A stretch of 63,440 bases of DNA, counting the filler, from Reticulomyxa filosa (Eukaryota > Protista > Foraminifera), in the NCBI GenBank assembly GCA_000512085.1. It is 16 parts of 16 records of this genome, joined end to end, with 100 filler letters (N's around TTAATTAATTAA, not from the genome) between each part and the next. Parts side by side here need not be neighbours in the genome. Positions count along the whole stretch, not along the records: positions 38,226 to 41,501 come from ASPP01009511.1; positions 41,602 to 43,466 come from ASPP01025894.1; positions 43,567 to 49,723 come from ASPP01005313.1; positions 49,824 to 52,490 come from ASPP01020205.1; 12 more parts are not named here. One strand, 5' to 3'. The notes under the pieces were generated by a model, which did not search any database, was not told the DNA's origin, and worked only from the letters and a program-made list of their open reading frames with translations. Each line of letters opens with the position of its first letter. Within the stretch, counting starts at the first letter, position 1. Below are positions 38,276-49,964 of the stretch, one piece after another. The position numbers and the translations under genes are program-made.

Positions 38276-40258
38276 TTGTATAATTATTCCGCCTGTCTCT
38301 CTTCAACCACGACCTTGGGTTGCGGCATTTACAATGGAACGCAGACGCAATTGACGTGCATGTTGGCCAAGTACGAGACGTCCTCGTTACCAGCGGGATG
38401 TTGCCGGCGTGCGTTGGATCAGATATCGCAAAGTAACGTGTTTACGAAGGACTGTGCAGGTGACGTGTCCAAGTACTGTGGTAGTGACGGGAGTACGGCA
38501 GGAAACATAAGCGCAGCGTGCGCAACGACGCTGTTGTCCCAAAGGAATAGCAGCCAGTTGTCGGGCAATTGCAACCTCACGACATGGTATTGTCGAGTGG
38601 ACGGAGTGTGGCCGACGACGTTGGCGGGGAGCGAAGCCACAGTGAATTGTACGTCAGGATACGTAGGAATGAGAACGCGAAAATGCGTTGGCGGCAAAGC
38701 GAATACGAAAGTGTTGGTGCCGTATTGGAGCGACGACATCGATGACAGTGGATGTGCACATTTGTATTGCGACGCAGAGAAAGACGTATACGGGCAGACA
38801 TGGGGCGCGACCCCTGTGGGCAATGTTGCCACCTGGTTTTCCAAAGATGTGTCAAAAAATAGTTCATCGCAGTTTCCTTGTATGACTTTTACTTACGAAT
38901 TCAATTCGCGTTATTGCGGTCTTGAAAATGATACTACTAATGGCAATGGCAATGGCAATGGTATGAAAGCAAAGTGGTCGAATTCATTTGCTTATTGCAA
39001 ACCTTCATACTTGCAATGGGGTTCATCGACAAAGGATCAGACGTGCGATAAAACCAATAGCTCGATGCTATTTGAACTCGCCACGGCAAGTATGTACAGT
39101 AGCGACGAGGATGCCATTAGTGCATGCAAGAATAAGTGTCTAATTGATAGCATTCATTGCCACGCATTGGTATTCAATAACAACACCAAAGTTTGCTATG
39201 GGTTCGATTGGTGCTCCGTCAAGAAGGAAAAGGGACAGAACTGGACGTTCTATTATGTTCCCGCCGCGTTCCCGGAATGGATGGCGTCGGTGTGCGCGAC
39301 TTATTATTCGTGGTATCCTTCCAAGGCTTTGAATGATCGAGGCATCCCATATCCCTCGTGCTTCAATGTTTTCTTGTGGGAGTACTTGATGGACCCCAAA
39401 GGGGGCGCCACGTCCGTACCCAATTTCCGGTTGCAAAATCAAAATGTGTTGTATAATCCTTATTCCGGATATCTCAATCTGAAGATACGCTCCACTTCCA
39501 ACTCCTTGCTGGTCCAAAAGATTGCTGATGATGCCGTTGCGGTGAAGTTCATCGTGGCGTTGCGGGACTTTGTCGATACGCATTTCAATGACAACGAGCT
39601 GTGGGTGGCGCTGCATGGTCTGCTGTTTGATTTGGACACGCAATATATTCATATCACTCGCTACTTTGTCACCAACGTGCTGTTGCTGATCATCGCTGTA
39701 ATGCTTGCTGGCTTGCTATTCTTGATCCATCCCTTGGCTGCTTTTGTCATGCTGTTCACTGAAATAGCCACGATCATTGAAGTCTATGGGTTCATCGATT
39801 GGGCCGACCTCCACATGAATGGGGTACTCGCGTTAAATATGCTTGTCGCTGTAGGTCTGACCATGGAGTTTGCTGCACATATCGCTCGTGCTTTCATGCT
39901 GGCTTCTGCAAATCCTGAAGAAAAAATTGGCATTCCTCATGCACTGCCCGGACAAATTCGCATGAAAAAAACACTTCGCGAAGTATTCACGCCCGTCACT
40001 TTGACTGCCATCACTACCTTTATTGGAATTGCTCCAATTGCTTCTTCCACCTTCCCTTATTTCCGTGATTACTACTTTGTTTTGTATGTCATGATGATTC
40101 TAACCGGATGGGTCAACGGCGCCGTCTTTCAACCTGTCATCTTGTCATTCTTGAATCCTGCCACCTTTTCGCACGAAAATGATCCAACTCCAAACTCGAT
40201 AAACCACGAAACCATGATTGCTACCACAATTGCGCTCAATGATCACCACAGCGCCTAA
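38276..40258 (+). CDS. NPC1/Patched-family (RND-type) membrane protein, C-terminal exon with extra Cys-rich lumenal modules, 5' partial
   Basis: TM bundle with LNMLVAVGLTMEFAAHIARAF (cf. NPC1 VNLV..CGISVEFCSHITRAF), TAITTFIGIAPIA and YFRDYYF...GWVNGAVFQPVILS. Confidence 0.88.
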   Translation: MYNYSACLSSTTTLGCGIYNGTQTQLTCMLAKYETSSLPAGCCRRALDQISQSNVFTKDCAGDVSKYCGSDGSTAGNISAACATTLLSQRNSSQLSGNCNLTTWYCRVDGVWPTTLAGSEATVNCTSGYVGMRTRKCVGGKANTKVLVPYWSDDIDDSGCAHLYCDAEKDVYGQTWGATPVGNVATWFSKDVSKNSSSQFPCMTFTYEFNSRYCGLENDTTNGNGNGNGMKAKWSNSFAYCKPSYLQWGSSTKDQTCDKTNSSMLFELATASMYSSDEDAISACKNKCLIDSIHCHALVFNNNTKVCYGFDWCSVKKEKGQNWTFYYVPAAFPEWMASVCATYYSWYPSKALNDRGIPYPSCFNVFLWEYLMDPKGGATSVPNFRLQNQNVLYNPYSGYLNLKIRSTSNSLLVQKIADDAVAVKFIVALRDFVDTHFNDNELWVALHGLLFDLDTQYIHITRYFVTNVLLLIIAVMLAGLLFLIHPLAAFVMLFTEIATIIEVYGFIDWADLHMNGVLALNMLVAVGLTMEFAAHIARAFMLASANPEEKIGIPHALPGQIRMKKTLREVFTPVTLTAITTFIGIAPIASSTFPYFRDYYFVLYVMMILTGWVNGAVFQPVILSFLNPATFSHENDPTPNSINHETMIATTIALNDHHSA

Positions 40259-40847
40259 TAATCTGCTTCTTTCGAATCCCAAAAAAAACTAATATCAAAA
40301 AAAAAGAAACAAATGGATAAGAACGAAATTCAAGAAACCCAGGGATAAAAGATATTATATTTCCAAGGGATTGCTCTCTCTTTTTCACTTTGGAGCAACT
40401 CCATTTTTTTTTTTATATTAAAAAAAAATCGTAAATGTCAAATTTTTTGAGCTGGTGTGAATGACCATAGTGTATATTTATATCATTGCTCTCTTTTCAC
40501 TTGTTGAAAAAAAAAAACAAATCTCCTCAATTTTACAGTTTTGTGTACATGAAATAACGTTACGTTCTCAGCTCGATTTTTTTTTTAATGCGGGTAGGAA
40601 AGAAAAAAAAAGCTGCTTACTACTAGACGAATTAATAAAAACCTCGACAAGTAAACAAAAAGCAAACAAAAAATATAATTGCCAATTGATGCGCTCTTCC
40701 AACGCAACACCTGGCATTCTCAAACACAAGACATACACAAAAAGGTCGAAATTTTTTGTATTTAAAATACTTAAAAAAAAAAAAAAAAAACACTCACAAA
40801 GACCAAATTTTTATGCAATAATTATGAATTGAAAATGAATCCCCGAG

Positions 40848-41370
40848 TTACAAAATTGTACACTGACAAAAGCAACACGATTTTCTTTTTTTGTCAACCA
40901 GCGGTGGAAGAAAGCCCATATTACTTCTCTCAGTAGGCAAAAGTTTGTCATTGATGCTTGGATCTGGAATATTGTATTGTGTTGGAACATGCAGAGTGTC
41001 GATACTGTCATTTTCCATAACACGTTTTGCTGGGATAGTGCCTTGAAACATTGCTTGCGGATTGCAAGGTGTCAATTTCAAGAATTGACAAATAGCATTG
41101 CAATGATGCGATCTTAAAAACCTTTCCATACCCGATTGACCCATATTCCCCTGCCCACAACCTTGACCATCAAATGTATGCATTTGCGGATCAGTATATA
41201 AATCTCCAACTCCCTGAAGATCACAGATCAAAATTTTGTGTTCACTTGCCTCATAAGTGAAATGAGCAAAAGCCTGCGGTGTATTGCGACGCACTACATC
41301 ATTGATCCAGTCCCAATTGTTTGTATATTTTTTGTAATCTCCTTCAATATATGGTTCTACTCCACAACTG
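40848..41370 (-). CDS. Alpha-kinase (eEF2K/MHCK family) C-terminal exon with CaaX tail, 5' partial
   Basis: VEPYIEGDYKKYTNN, PQAFAHFTYEAS, ICDLQGV..LYTDPQMHT, GQGNMG and H.CNAIC; ends KKRKSCCFCQCTIL*. Confidence 0.92.
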
Positions 41371-41452
41371 CAATGCATTTATCCCATTGTTTTTATTTTT
41401 ATGTTTATCTTTTGTTTTTCATACAATTAAACGGGGGAAAAAAAAAGATGAC

Positions 41453-41487
<35 letters not shown>

Positions 41488-41601
41488 AAATAAAAAAAAA
41501 ANNNNNNNNNNNNNNNNNNNNNNNNNNNNNNNNNNNNNNNNNNNNTTAATTAATTAANNNNNNNNNNNNNNNNNNNNNNNNNNNNNNNNNNNNNNNNNNN
41601 N

Positions 41602-43460
41602 CATGTATGATAAGGGCTTGCCCTACATTCCCCCCTCTTTGCACCATCTGGGCAACATGCACCTGTTTGATCATTTGTCAAGTGTACTATCTCGATATTG
41701 TGTATGTTTATGTTGTCTTTTGTCTTTTTACGATCCACGCTTGCCACTTCATCGACGTTATGCAATGGTTCCCACGGTCGATGTGACTTGTCAATTATGT
41801 TCAACAATGACGGTGACTTGTCAATGGTATCTAAGGATGGTGACGGATCGGCTTGTTTTAATGACATGTCTGGCTGATCTAATTGTTCAAATGAAGGACG
41901 TTCTTGTTCAGCAAATGTTTCAGATTCGTTATTTTCATTTGCAATATGCATTTTTTGCGACCTTGATGCATGAGACACCTTTTGAATACTGTGTTCACTC
42001 GTGGTCTTACGAGTTACTGGATCCATGCGTTGACTAACTGCATACGGGTCAACAAATTTTGTCAAACATTTTGATTTGATACTTACTGCCTCACTATACA
42101 ACGCAGCAGTGTGCTCCAAACCTTGAGCTTCCAATATGTCCTCCGATTGTATCTGATCAAGTTTTTCATGTTCCAACCTCAAGGCATAACCGAGCCGGCG
42201 TAATGTATTCCTAGATAAAATAAAATTAAAAGGTAAATTTGGGACAACATAAAAATGCTCCTTGAACCCATTCATATCTTTACTTCCTGGATTGCTTAAT
42301 GTCAGTTCCAACTTTTCACTGACTGTTGTACGACCACCTGCATGCGCTATATCACATGCCCTAGAGTCTTTAGACAGCAGCTGACGAAATTGGTTTGCAA
42401 TCCTTTCGTTAATTGCACATATAGAAGAGCCTGTATCTGCAATAGCTTTGATATCTCCTATTTCTATAGTTTGTAATACAATTTCAATTTCATCTTGTGT
42501 TTCAATTGCATTGTCAATAACAAGCATCGGAAGGATGTGTTCAATGTTTGCATCATTGGTTGCTTGTTTCTCGAGTGTTTGTATTTCTTGCTTCTCTCGA
42601 CAATCACGTTTCTTATGTCCATGACCACCGCATCGCCAACATTCATCATTCCATTGTCTCTTGCTTGCGTTATCTGTTAAATTCGTTTTACTTCTTGGTC
42701 CTTTGTCCATGGAAACGTTGTGATTTTGATGTTGTAAGTCGATATCGGTCGACTGTTTATCTTTCCACTGATATGGTACGCTGCGATGATTTCGTTCTGC
42801 TTTCTTAACTGTAAAACGAAAATTTCCTCTCTTAAGTGTAAGATGTTTGCTTCTGGATCTAATTTCTTCTTCGTATCGGTGTTGTACGAATTCGAGTGCT
42901 TCTTCTGTTTCTTCCAATGTGGTTGGGTCTCTATCGTATACCAATCTTCTCACGATACCACTCAAAGAGTCCAGCAACGCTTCCATTAATCTCTCATCGG
43001 AGGGTTTCAACCTCTTTCTAGATGGGACGTCACATTCGGAAGCATAATCCAATTCCAATTTTAATGCAAACTTTGCTTGCCGCCAACGTAGCAAAATGTC
43101 TAAAGGTTCTTCTCCAGGTCTTGTGATGAACTGAACCAAATCAGATGTTCTATCTTCGATTTGATGCTTTCCTCCAAACATCTTACACATCCAATTCATC
43201 AGTTCACCAAATGACTTATGCTCTTCTGCAGCTGCCATTTCCTGGACTTCAAGCGACAAACACTGTGATAACATGTACCTGTGACAAAATTTATCAGTCA
43301 ATTGATACGTAGCTTTCCAAGCCAAAAACTGTCGTCGCCAACGAGGAAAATCGTTTCTGCTTCCATTAAAAAGCTTTCGAAAACGATTATGTGCCTCCAT
43401 TGCCAACTTTAATGTATTATCGTCACCACTTGCAATTTCCTGGTCTGCATTACCATTCAT
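41602..43460 (-). mobile_element. LTR-retroelement Gag (capsid + CCHC knuckle) and aspartic protease ORF, followed by PPT and probable 3' LTR start
   Basis: FNGSRNDFPRWRRQF capsid-like start, CWRCGGHGHKKRDC (~42600-42641), AIADTGSSICAI (~42430) and FILSRNTL; AAAGAGGGGGGAA-TG at 41640-41626. Confidence 0.85.
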
Positions 43461-44175
43461 TGATCTNNNNNNNNNNNNNNNNNNNNNNNNNNNNNNNNNN
43501 NNNNNNNNNNTTAATTAATTAANNNNNNNNNNNNNNNNNNNNNNNNNNNNNNNNNNNNNNNNNNNNTCTGTACTGGCCATATTGAACTTCACTTTCGTTT
43601 AATAAAGGCAAAATTTGTTTATATCTTGAAAGTGTAAACTTTACCAGTATTCGTTGGAGTACTTTGGCTTCATTTGCTGGTTATATCCTCTGTACATAAG
43701 TTATTGCATTGTCCTATCGGTAAAAAGTTGATTTCATAGACACAATTGCTTCATTTCCTATTAATTTGAAAAGTCAAACTGCGACAAATTAATAGCAGAA
43801 AAAAAAAAAAAAACAAAGGCAATGAACAAACAAAACAAAAAAGTAAAATCCTATCAAGAAAAGATTGCTTAGTGCAAATTACGAAATTTTGAAAAAAACC
43901 AAAAACAATAATCTGACAAAGAGGAGAATACTGATTGACTTATATTTTTGAAATATGTATAACACATTACAAAAATGTCTTATTTTCTTTCATTAAACAT
44001 TTTGTTTTTGATATTTCCAGTGTTATTGCGTTTGAATAAATCTACTTTAGCATTTATTATTTTAATACGTGCAAATAGCATTTTGATATTAGATATGCGT
44101 ACAACTTTGACTGCTTCATCTAATTACCCAAAAGAAACAAAGCACTCAATAAATTTTTGTTTCGGAAAAGTGATA

Positions 44176-45611
44176 CTATCCCCAAATACGAATAAGACCC
44201 TTTCGTGTACCATAACACAGATTCATATAATAACCACCATTATTATTTTTGCTTTTCTTTTTGAATTGTAAAAGTTTAAGACAATATATCCCGTAATCTT
44301 CTTTCTTATCTCCCTTTATCACATGCAATTGGTTTTTATTTGTTCGAATATCCCAAAAGCGAATTGTATTATCTTTTGATCCAGAACATATTACATTTGA
44401 ACTACCTTCGCTGTCATATACTACAAATGGTGAATATTCAACAGCATATACATAATCTGTATGTCCATTGAATTCTTGAATTCGTTTACCAGATCGAACA
44501 TCCCAAAGATAGATGCAGAAATCATCTGAGCCAGATAATATTGTGTTTGAGCCACCATTAATTCCTGATTCATTTGGTCCATATTTTACACAATTCACAA
44601 AATCATTATGTCCATTGAATACAGTTAATTGTTTGGCTGTTTCAATATCCCATAAGCGAATTGTATTATCATATGACCCAGAGCAAATGGTGTATCCATT
44701 GCCACCAATCACACCAATATGATTACTTTTATTATCATTATTATTGTTATTGTTATTGTTATTGCTTTGCAAAGGTGAAAAATCAACACAACAAACACCT
44801 TCATCATGCCCATTGAAAATATGCAATAATTTGGATGTTTCAATATCCCACAAACAAATAGTAGTATCACCAGATCCAGAACACAAATATCGACCACTAT
44901 TAAATGGTGAGAATTCTATGCCACCAACCCATTCGGCGTGTTTACCGAATACTTGGAATCGATTATTATCTTTGATATCCCAAAAACAAATTGTTTTGTC
45001 AAATGATGCAGAACAAATAACATAACGACGATTCTTATTATAATAATGATACGGCGAAAATCTTGCACAATACACAGAACTCGAATGTCCATTGAATGTT
45101 TGAATTTGCTCGTTGGTCTCTATATCCCATACACAAAGCGTTTTATCTGCTGATCCAGAACAAAGAAGTTGACGACCATTCAATGTTGAATTGTCAATAG
45201 TCCCACACATAATCAGTATGTCCGCAGAAAGTATTCAGCAATTTAGATGACGAACGAAACGTATCAAGTATGAAAAAGCCTAATGTCTGTGTTGAATCAT
45301 GAACACATACATTTTAACAACAACAAAAAAAATATTCGAACATTTCATTCACATTGAAAACGAGAAACAAAAAACATAACATAATTCACAACAAGCTTGT
45401 CAAAGTCATTGATCCATCCTAATTTGATCTTTAATATTCGAATCCAATATGAAATAATCATTTGGATATCTTCTTCTTTTGGCTGATTCTATCACAAATC
45501 ACGTACACTACACAGTAACAGCTAAAAACAACTAGCTTTTTCAAAGAATAAACTGAAATTTACCAATGTTTGTTGTATTGACTCTTCGTTTTCATTAATA
45601 AAAGTACTCAT
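44176..45611 (-). CDS. WD40-repeat protein, same family as 27643-28976
   Basis: Seven WD units, the same N-terminal exon (EEDIQMIISYWIRILKIKLGWINDFDKLVVNY) and the IGVIGGNGYT insert; homopolymer frameshift at ~45203. Confidence 0.92.
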
Positions 45612-46208
45612 TTTTTGAAAATATCGATTTAGACAATGAAGATAAAAAAATGTTGACTTTTTTATATCAAAATTAAAAGGGACACCAGAAACACTTTGAC
45701 TTAAAGCTTTTTGTTAGACGCTGACTCGTTATGACTTTGTTGTCGTTTGGACTTATTTGTAACAATACTATTGTTCATATGATATCTTTTTAATTTTTTC
45801 AAGCGTTTAAAATTATTCAATTTTTTTGGAATGTGAACTTAAAAACAAACAAAGGTGTTAACATAAGATGGTAATTATCTGTATTAAACAGTGAATACGA
45901 ACAATAACGGGTATTTGGACATTTCAATTTAATTGAATGAAAGATATAACATAATTGATGATAAGTGTTAAGGTTGTGGATCCATCTTACTTCAATGTTT
46001 AACATTCAAATTAAATGTTTAATAATGGTTTGGATTGCCTTGGATGATTTAGTGAAAATTGTTTGAAATTTGTTTATCTCAAGATCGAAACAATTGAATC
46101 TGTAGGTTTCTAATTATTTGGAACTTACAAGCAAGCTGACGAACAAAAACAACAGCAAATCAGAAAACAAAAGTTTGAAACGAAAGGAAAGAAAAAAAAA
46201 AAGGTATT

Positions 46209-47191
46209 TTACAAAGATTTTCTCTGTTGAAAGATAATGTCATAATCAGTGGTATCTTGACTTTCAATACAATACCATTCACTACATTTTTTGTTGCGAA
46301 TGTCTGTTCTAATATCTTGCAACATTTGCTTGAATGGATAACCACTCTTATATTTTGACGTGACAACGTCTTTGAAGCTTTTACTCAACAATGACAAATC
46401 GGCCACTTTGTGTCCTTTGGTAGTTGACCAAATGATTAAAAATCCATCATCATTATGGCCCCATTGAATGTCCCTCGATCGAGTTGTAAGTTCATACGCT
46501 TTTGGAGCTGTTTCACCACGACAAGCATCAATGATAAAGATCTTAGGTAAATCTTTGAGTGATTCCATTGCACTGCAGTCGAATGATGAGCGTAGTTGAG
46601 TAATTGATATCTGTTTTCCGTCGCTTGCCACCAACATATTTTCATCCTCTCCATGTCCACAAAAGATCAAAATCAATCCGTCATAGCTTTGAGAATTTTT
46701 GTGAAGTTGATGATTTACAATTAATTCAGCCAAAAATGATTGAATATCTTGTTTTGTCATTTGTGGAGATGGGATTGCATACAATTTCATAGTTTAATTC
46801 TTGTCCAAATAATTGCTTGAAGTATGTAACATCCTTTTCTTTTACATTTGGAAGATTACGCAATATTGTATTATCATATTCGCTAATGGCAATCATAATC
46901 ACTAATGCATTTTTTAATCGTTTTTGTTTTTCCAATTATTATTGGTTGAAGTGTGGTCAAAGTTATTTTAAATGTAGGTTCATTACTTTCAAATGCTTTT
47001 TTCACAGCTTCATCTGATTCAACAATAGTATTCTCCATATCAACCAATTGCAGTCTTATATATTCGCTGGCCATTTTTCGGTGGTGTTTTGACTCCAAAC
47101 TTTTATAACTTTGACAAAGAAGTTCTTCAAATGTCAATGTGCTCATTGCTATCAATTTTTTCCTTTCATCTACTATCACGTACGCTGTCAG
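46209..47191 (-). CDS. Caspase-like (peptidase C14) protease with N-terminal PB1-like domain; two homopolymer frameshifts
   Basis: NALVIMIAISEY, LILIFCGHG (catalytic His), PKIFIIDACRG (catalytic Cys) and p10-like DGFLIIWSTTKG. Upstream exons are uncertain. Confidence 0.85.
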
Positions 47192-47702
47192 CTATTTTAT
47201 ATTTTTTACTATTGTAAAATTGAACCAAAAAAAAAAAAAACAAAAGTAAAAAAATTAACTTCTTTTTTACTATCTTGATTGCATTTCGTTTTTATTTGTT
47301 CTTCATTTTTTCCAATATCCTATTTAACAAGGTTATGCAGTTCTACAATTTTATTACAGTTTCGTAGTTACTCCATTTTACAAAAAAAAAAAAAACACAC
47401 ACACACACACACACACATTTGAAGTAGAATGAAAATTAATATAAGATTCAATTGCGGTATAGATTGCAGCTATGTCCTCATTCGTTATATCGTGTTTCCA
47501 TTTACTTTGTTTTAACAACCCACTCCAAAATCCCTAAATGACAATTGTTCAAATTTTGCAATAATTTCTGATTGGTCTATTTTATTCCTCTCTTTCCACC
47601 ATTTCGTCCATTTTTTCGTTCTTTTTTTCTCTCTATTGCCATTACACACAATTACTAAATCGATAATTTATATACAATGACAATAGAAAGTAAAAAAAAA
47701 AC

Positions 47703-48888
47703 TCAAACATTGGCATATTCATTTGACATTTTGTTTGCTTCATCCCTTTTTGCTTTTTCTACTTGCAATGGTTTTGCATGTTTCATTACTTCTTCATTCA
47801 ACCATTCGCTTACCTTCGTTTTTATGTGTGTTGACACAGAGCTAAAATCTTCGTCTCTTCCGCCAATAATATGCATATACATGCTATCTTCACTCAATAT
47901 TGCAACGCAATCAAGCAGTGGATTGGGCAAAGTATATTGGAATGTACTCCATTTGTCTTCTTGAATTGAATACATATGCACTGCTTTTGATACAGCCTCC
48001 AAATCCCATCCACCAAAGAATAACACAATATCATTGATACACACATGTGCATAATTATTGAATAGTGTAATATCATCACAATCAGGTAGCTTATGAAATT
48101 GAAATGCATTATTTCCTTCATCATATTCAATTCCTAACTTTGTATTGTAATAAAACAAAAGCATTTCATTCTTTGTTTTCTTTTTGCTCTTATTTTCTTC
48201 TTGTCCATCAGCCTCCATAATTTCTTGTCGACTGCTCGACTTTGCCACAAGACAAAGATAGAGCCTCATGTTATCAAATGGTAGAATAGTATGATTGATA
48301 AATTGAAATACATTCAAATCAAAACACGCTAATATTCTTTGGAGGATAAGTGATAAATAACAAATTATTATCGCTACCGCCAATCACTGCGCGCATTCCA
48401 CAATAATTATCTTCGTATCTCCCAATCAAAATCTGATCATTATTGTTGGTGAATGGGAGCCACTTATTGCAATTCTTTAATGATCCCTTGATCTCATTAT
48501 CACTGCTCCAAACGCTCACATATTTCATTACAAATGTATGCTTGTTTCTTCCTCCAAAAGATAACAACGTAATTGCATTGCTATCTTTGTTGTTGTTGTT
48601 GTTGTTGTTGCTGTCTGTCAGTTTCACTACACAGTGCCCATCTAATGTAATTGTACTTGGGTACGAACAAATATATTTGTATTCATTTCTGATTGTATGA
48701 TAAGAATAACAGTCACCATTAAAACTGCCTCCGCAAATCAGAATTTCGTGTTTACATGTCACACTTTGGGACCCAACAAGCGAAACGGGTAAATCTTTTA
48801 AACTTTCAAAAAGAGTTGAAGTAATAATCTTTTGAGTTTGCTTAGAATTTGTCCCAAGGGAATTTTGTGTTGCGTTTTGATTACCCAT
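47703..48888 (-). CDS. Kelch-like beta-propeller protein, probably N-myristoylated; one frameshift at ~48320
   Basis: MGNQN start, GG-containing blades (ILICGG, LLSFGG, AVIGG, LFFGGW, MHIIGG) and YS...DKW motifs. Confidence 0.82.
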
Positions 48889-49964
48889 ATTATTAATGTT
48901 GATGAACTATTAAACAGTTCACTTTTTTTTTTTTTTTAAAAAGTTGCTCTTTGTGAAAATCAAAAAAATTGTACACAAATATTTACAAAAAGGCCAAGTT
49001 GGGATTCGATAAGTTATTTTAAGATAACAGCTAAAGACATTTCAAAGTGGCTCAACTTAAAAAAAATAATTTTCGCTGGTCTTTTCTTTGCTAAAAAAAA
49101 AAAAAAAAAAATATTCACCATAAAAAGAATAGCGACAAGGTTGTGATTTTTAAAGATGAAATTGGTTGATTGCCTACCTTCAGTCCGAAGACACAATATT
49201 TTTTGGTTATATTGTTTTCAGGTCAGCTAAAACGTAGCAAACAATTTTGTCAAATGCTAAATGATATAATTTGCTTTGCAGATGTGTAATGTTTGCCATA
49301 TTTCTATTTGACAGCTCTCTTGGTCCTCCGCACTACTAATAGTATGGCATTTTGCAAGATAACTCCAGTTTCAGTTCTGGCAAGTCAGTTTATTTTTTGC
49401 ATCAGAAAAAGTATTTTATTTTTATTTTTTATTTTTTTTAGGTAATGTCACATATAAACAAGAAATGGTGTCTGATTACAATAGCCGTTTACGTAATATG
49501 TTTGCCATTATCAGTGAGTTTTACATACAAGCTTAAAGAGAAGAATTACAAATTCAAACAGACAAATCCCAGTAATCAAAACAAATGAGCAATGACATGT
49601 TTCATCTGTGAAACATTACATCACATTGCAACAAGTTTTGGATTTGGGCAAAGAGTTTTTCCTGGACAACAGGTCGTTACTCGTAATTCGATTAGGATCA
49701 GGAGTTTCAACTGGAAGTATTTTNNNNNNNNNNNNNNNNNNNNNNNNNNNNNNNNNNNNNNNNNNNNTTAATTAATTAANNNNNNNNNNNNNNNNNNNNN
49801 NNNNNNNNNNNNNNNNNNNNNNNTTTTTTTTTTAAATATACTGTATATTTTACTTTGATTAAAAATTTCATTTTTATTTTTATTTTTGTTTAAAAAAAAA
49901 AAAAAATAGATTATTTTATTGAATGAAGATATAAAAAAAAAAAAAAAAAATGGATAATTTGTAA

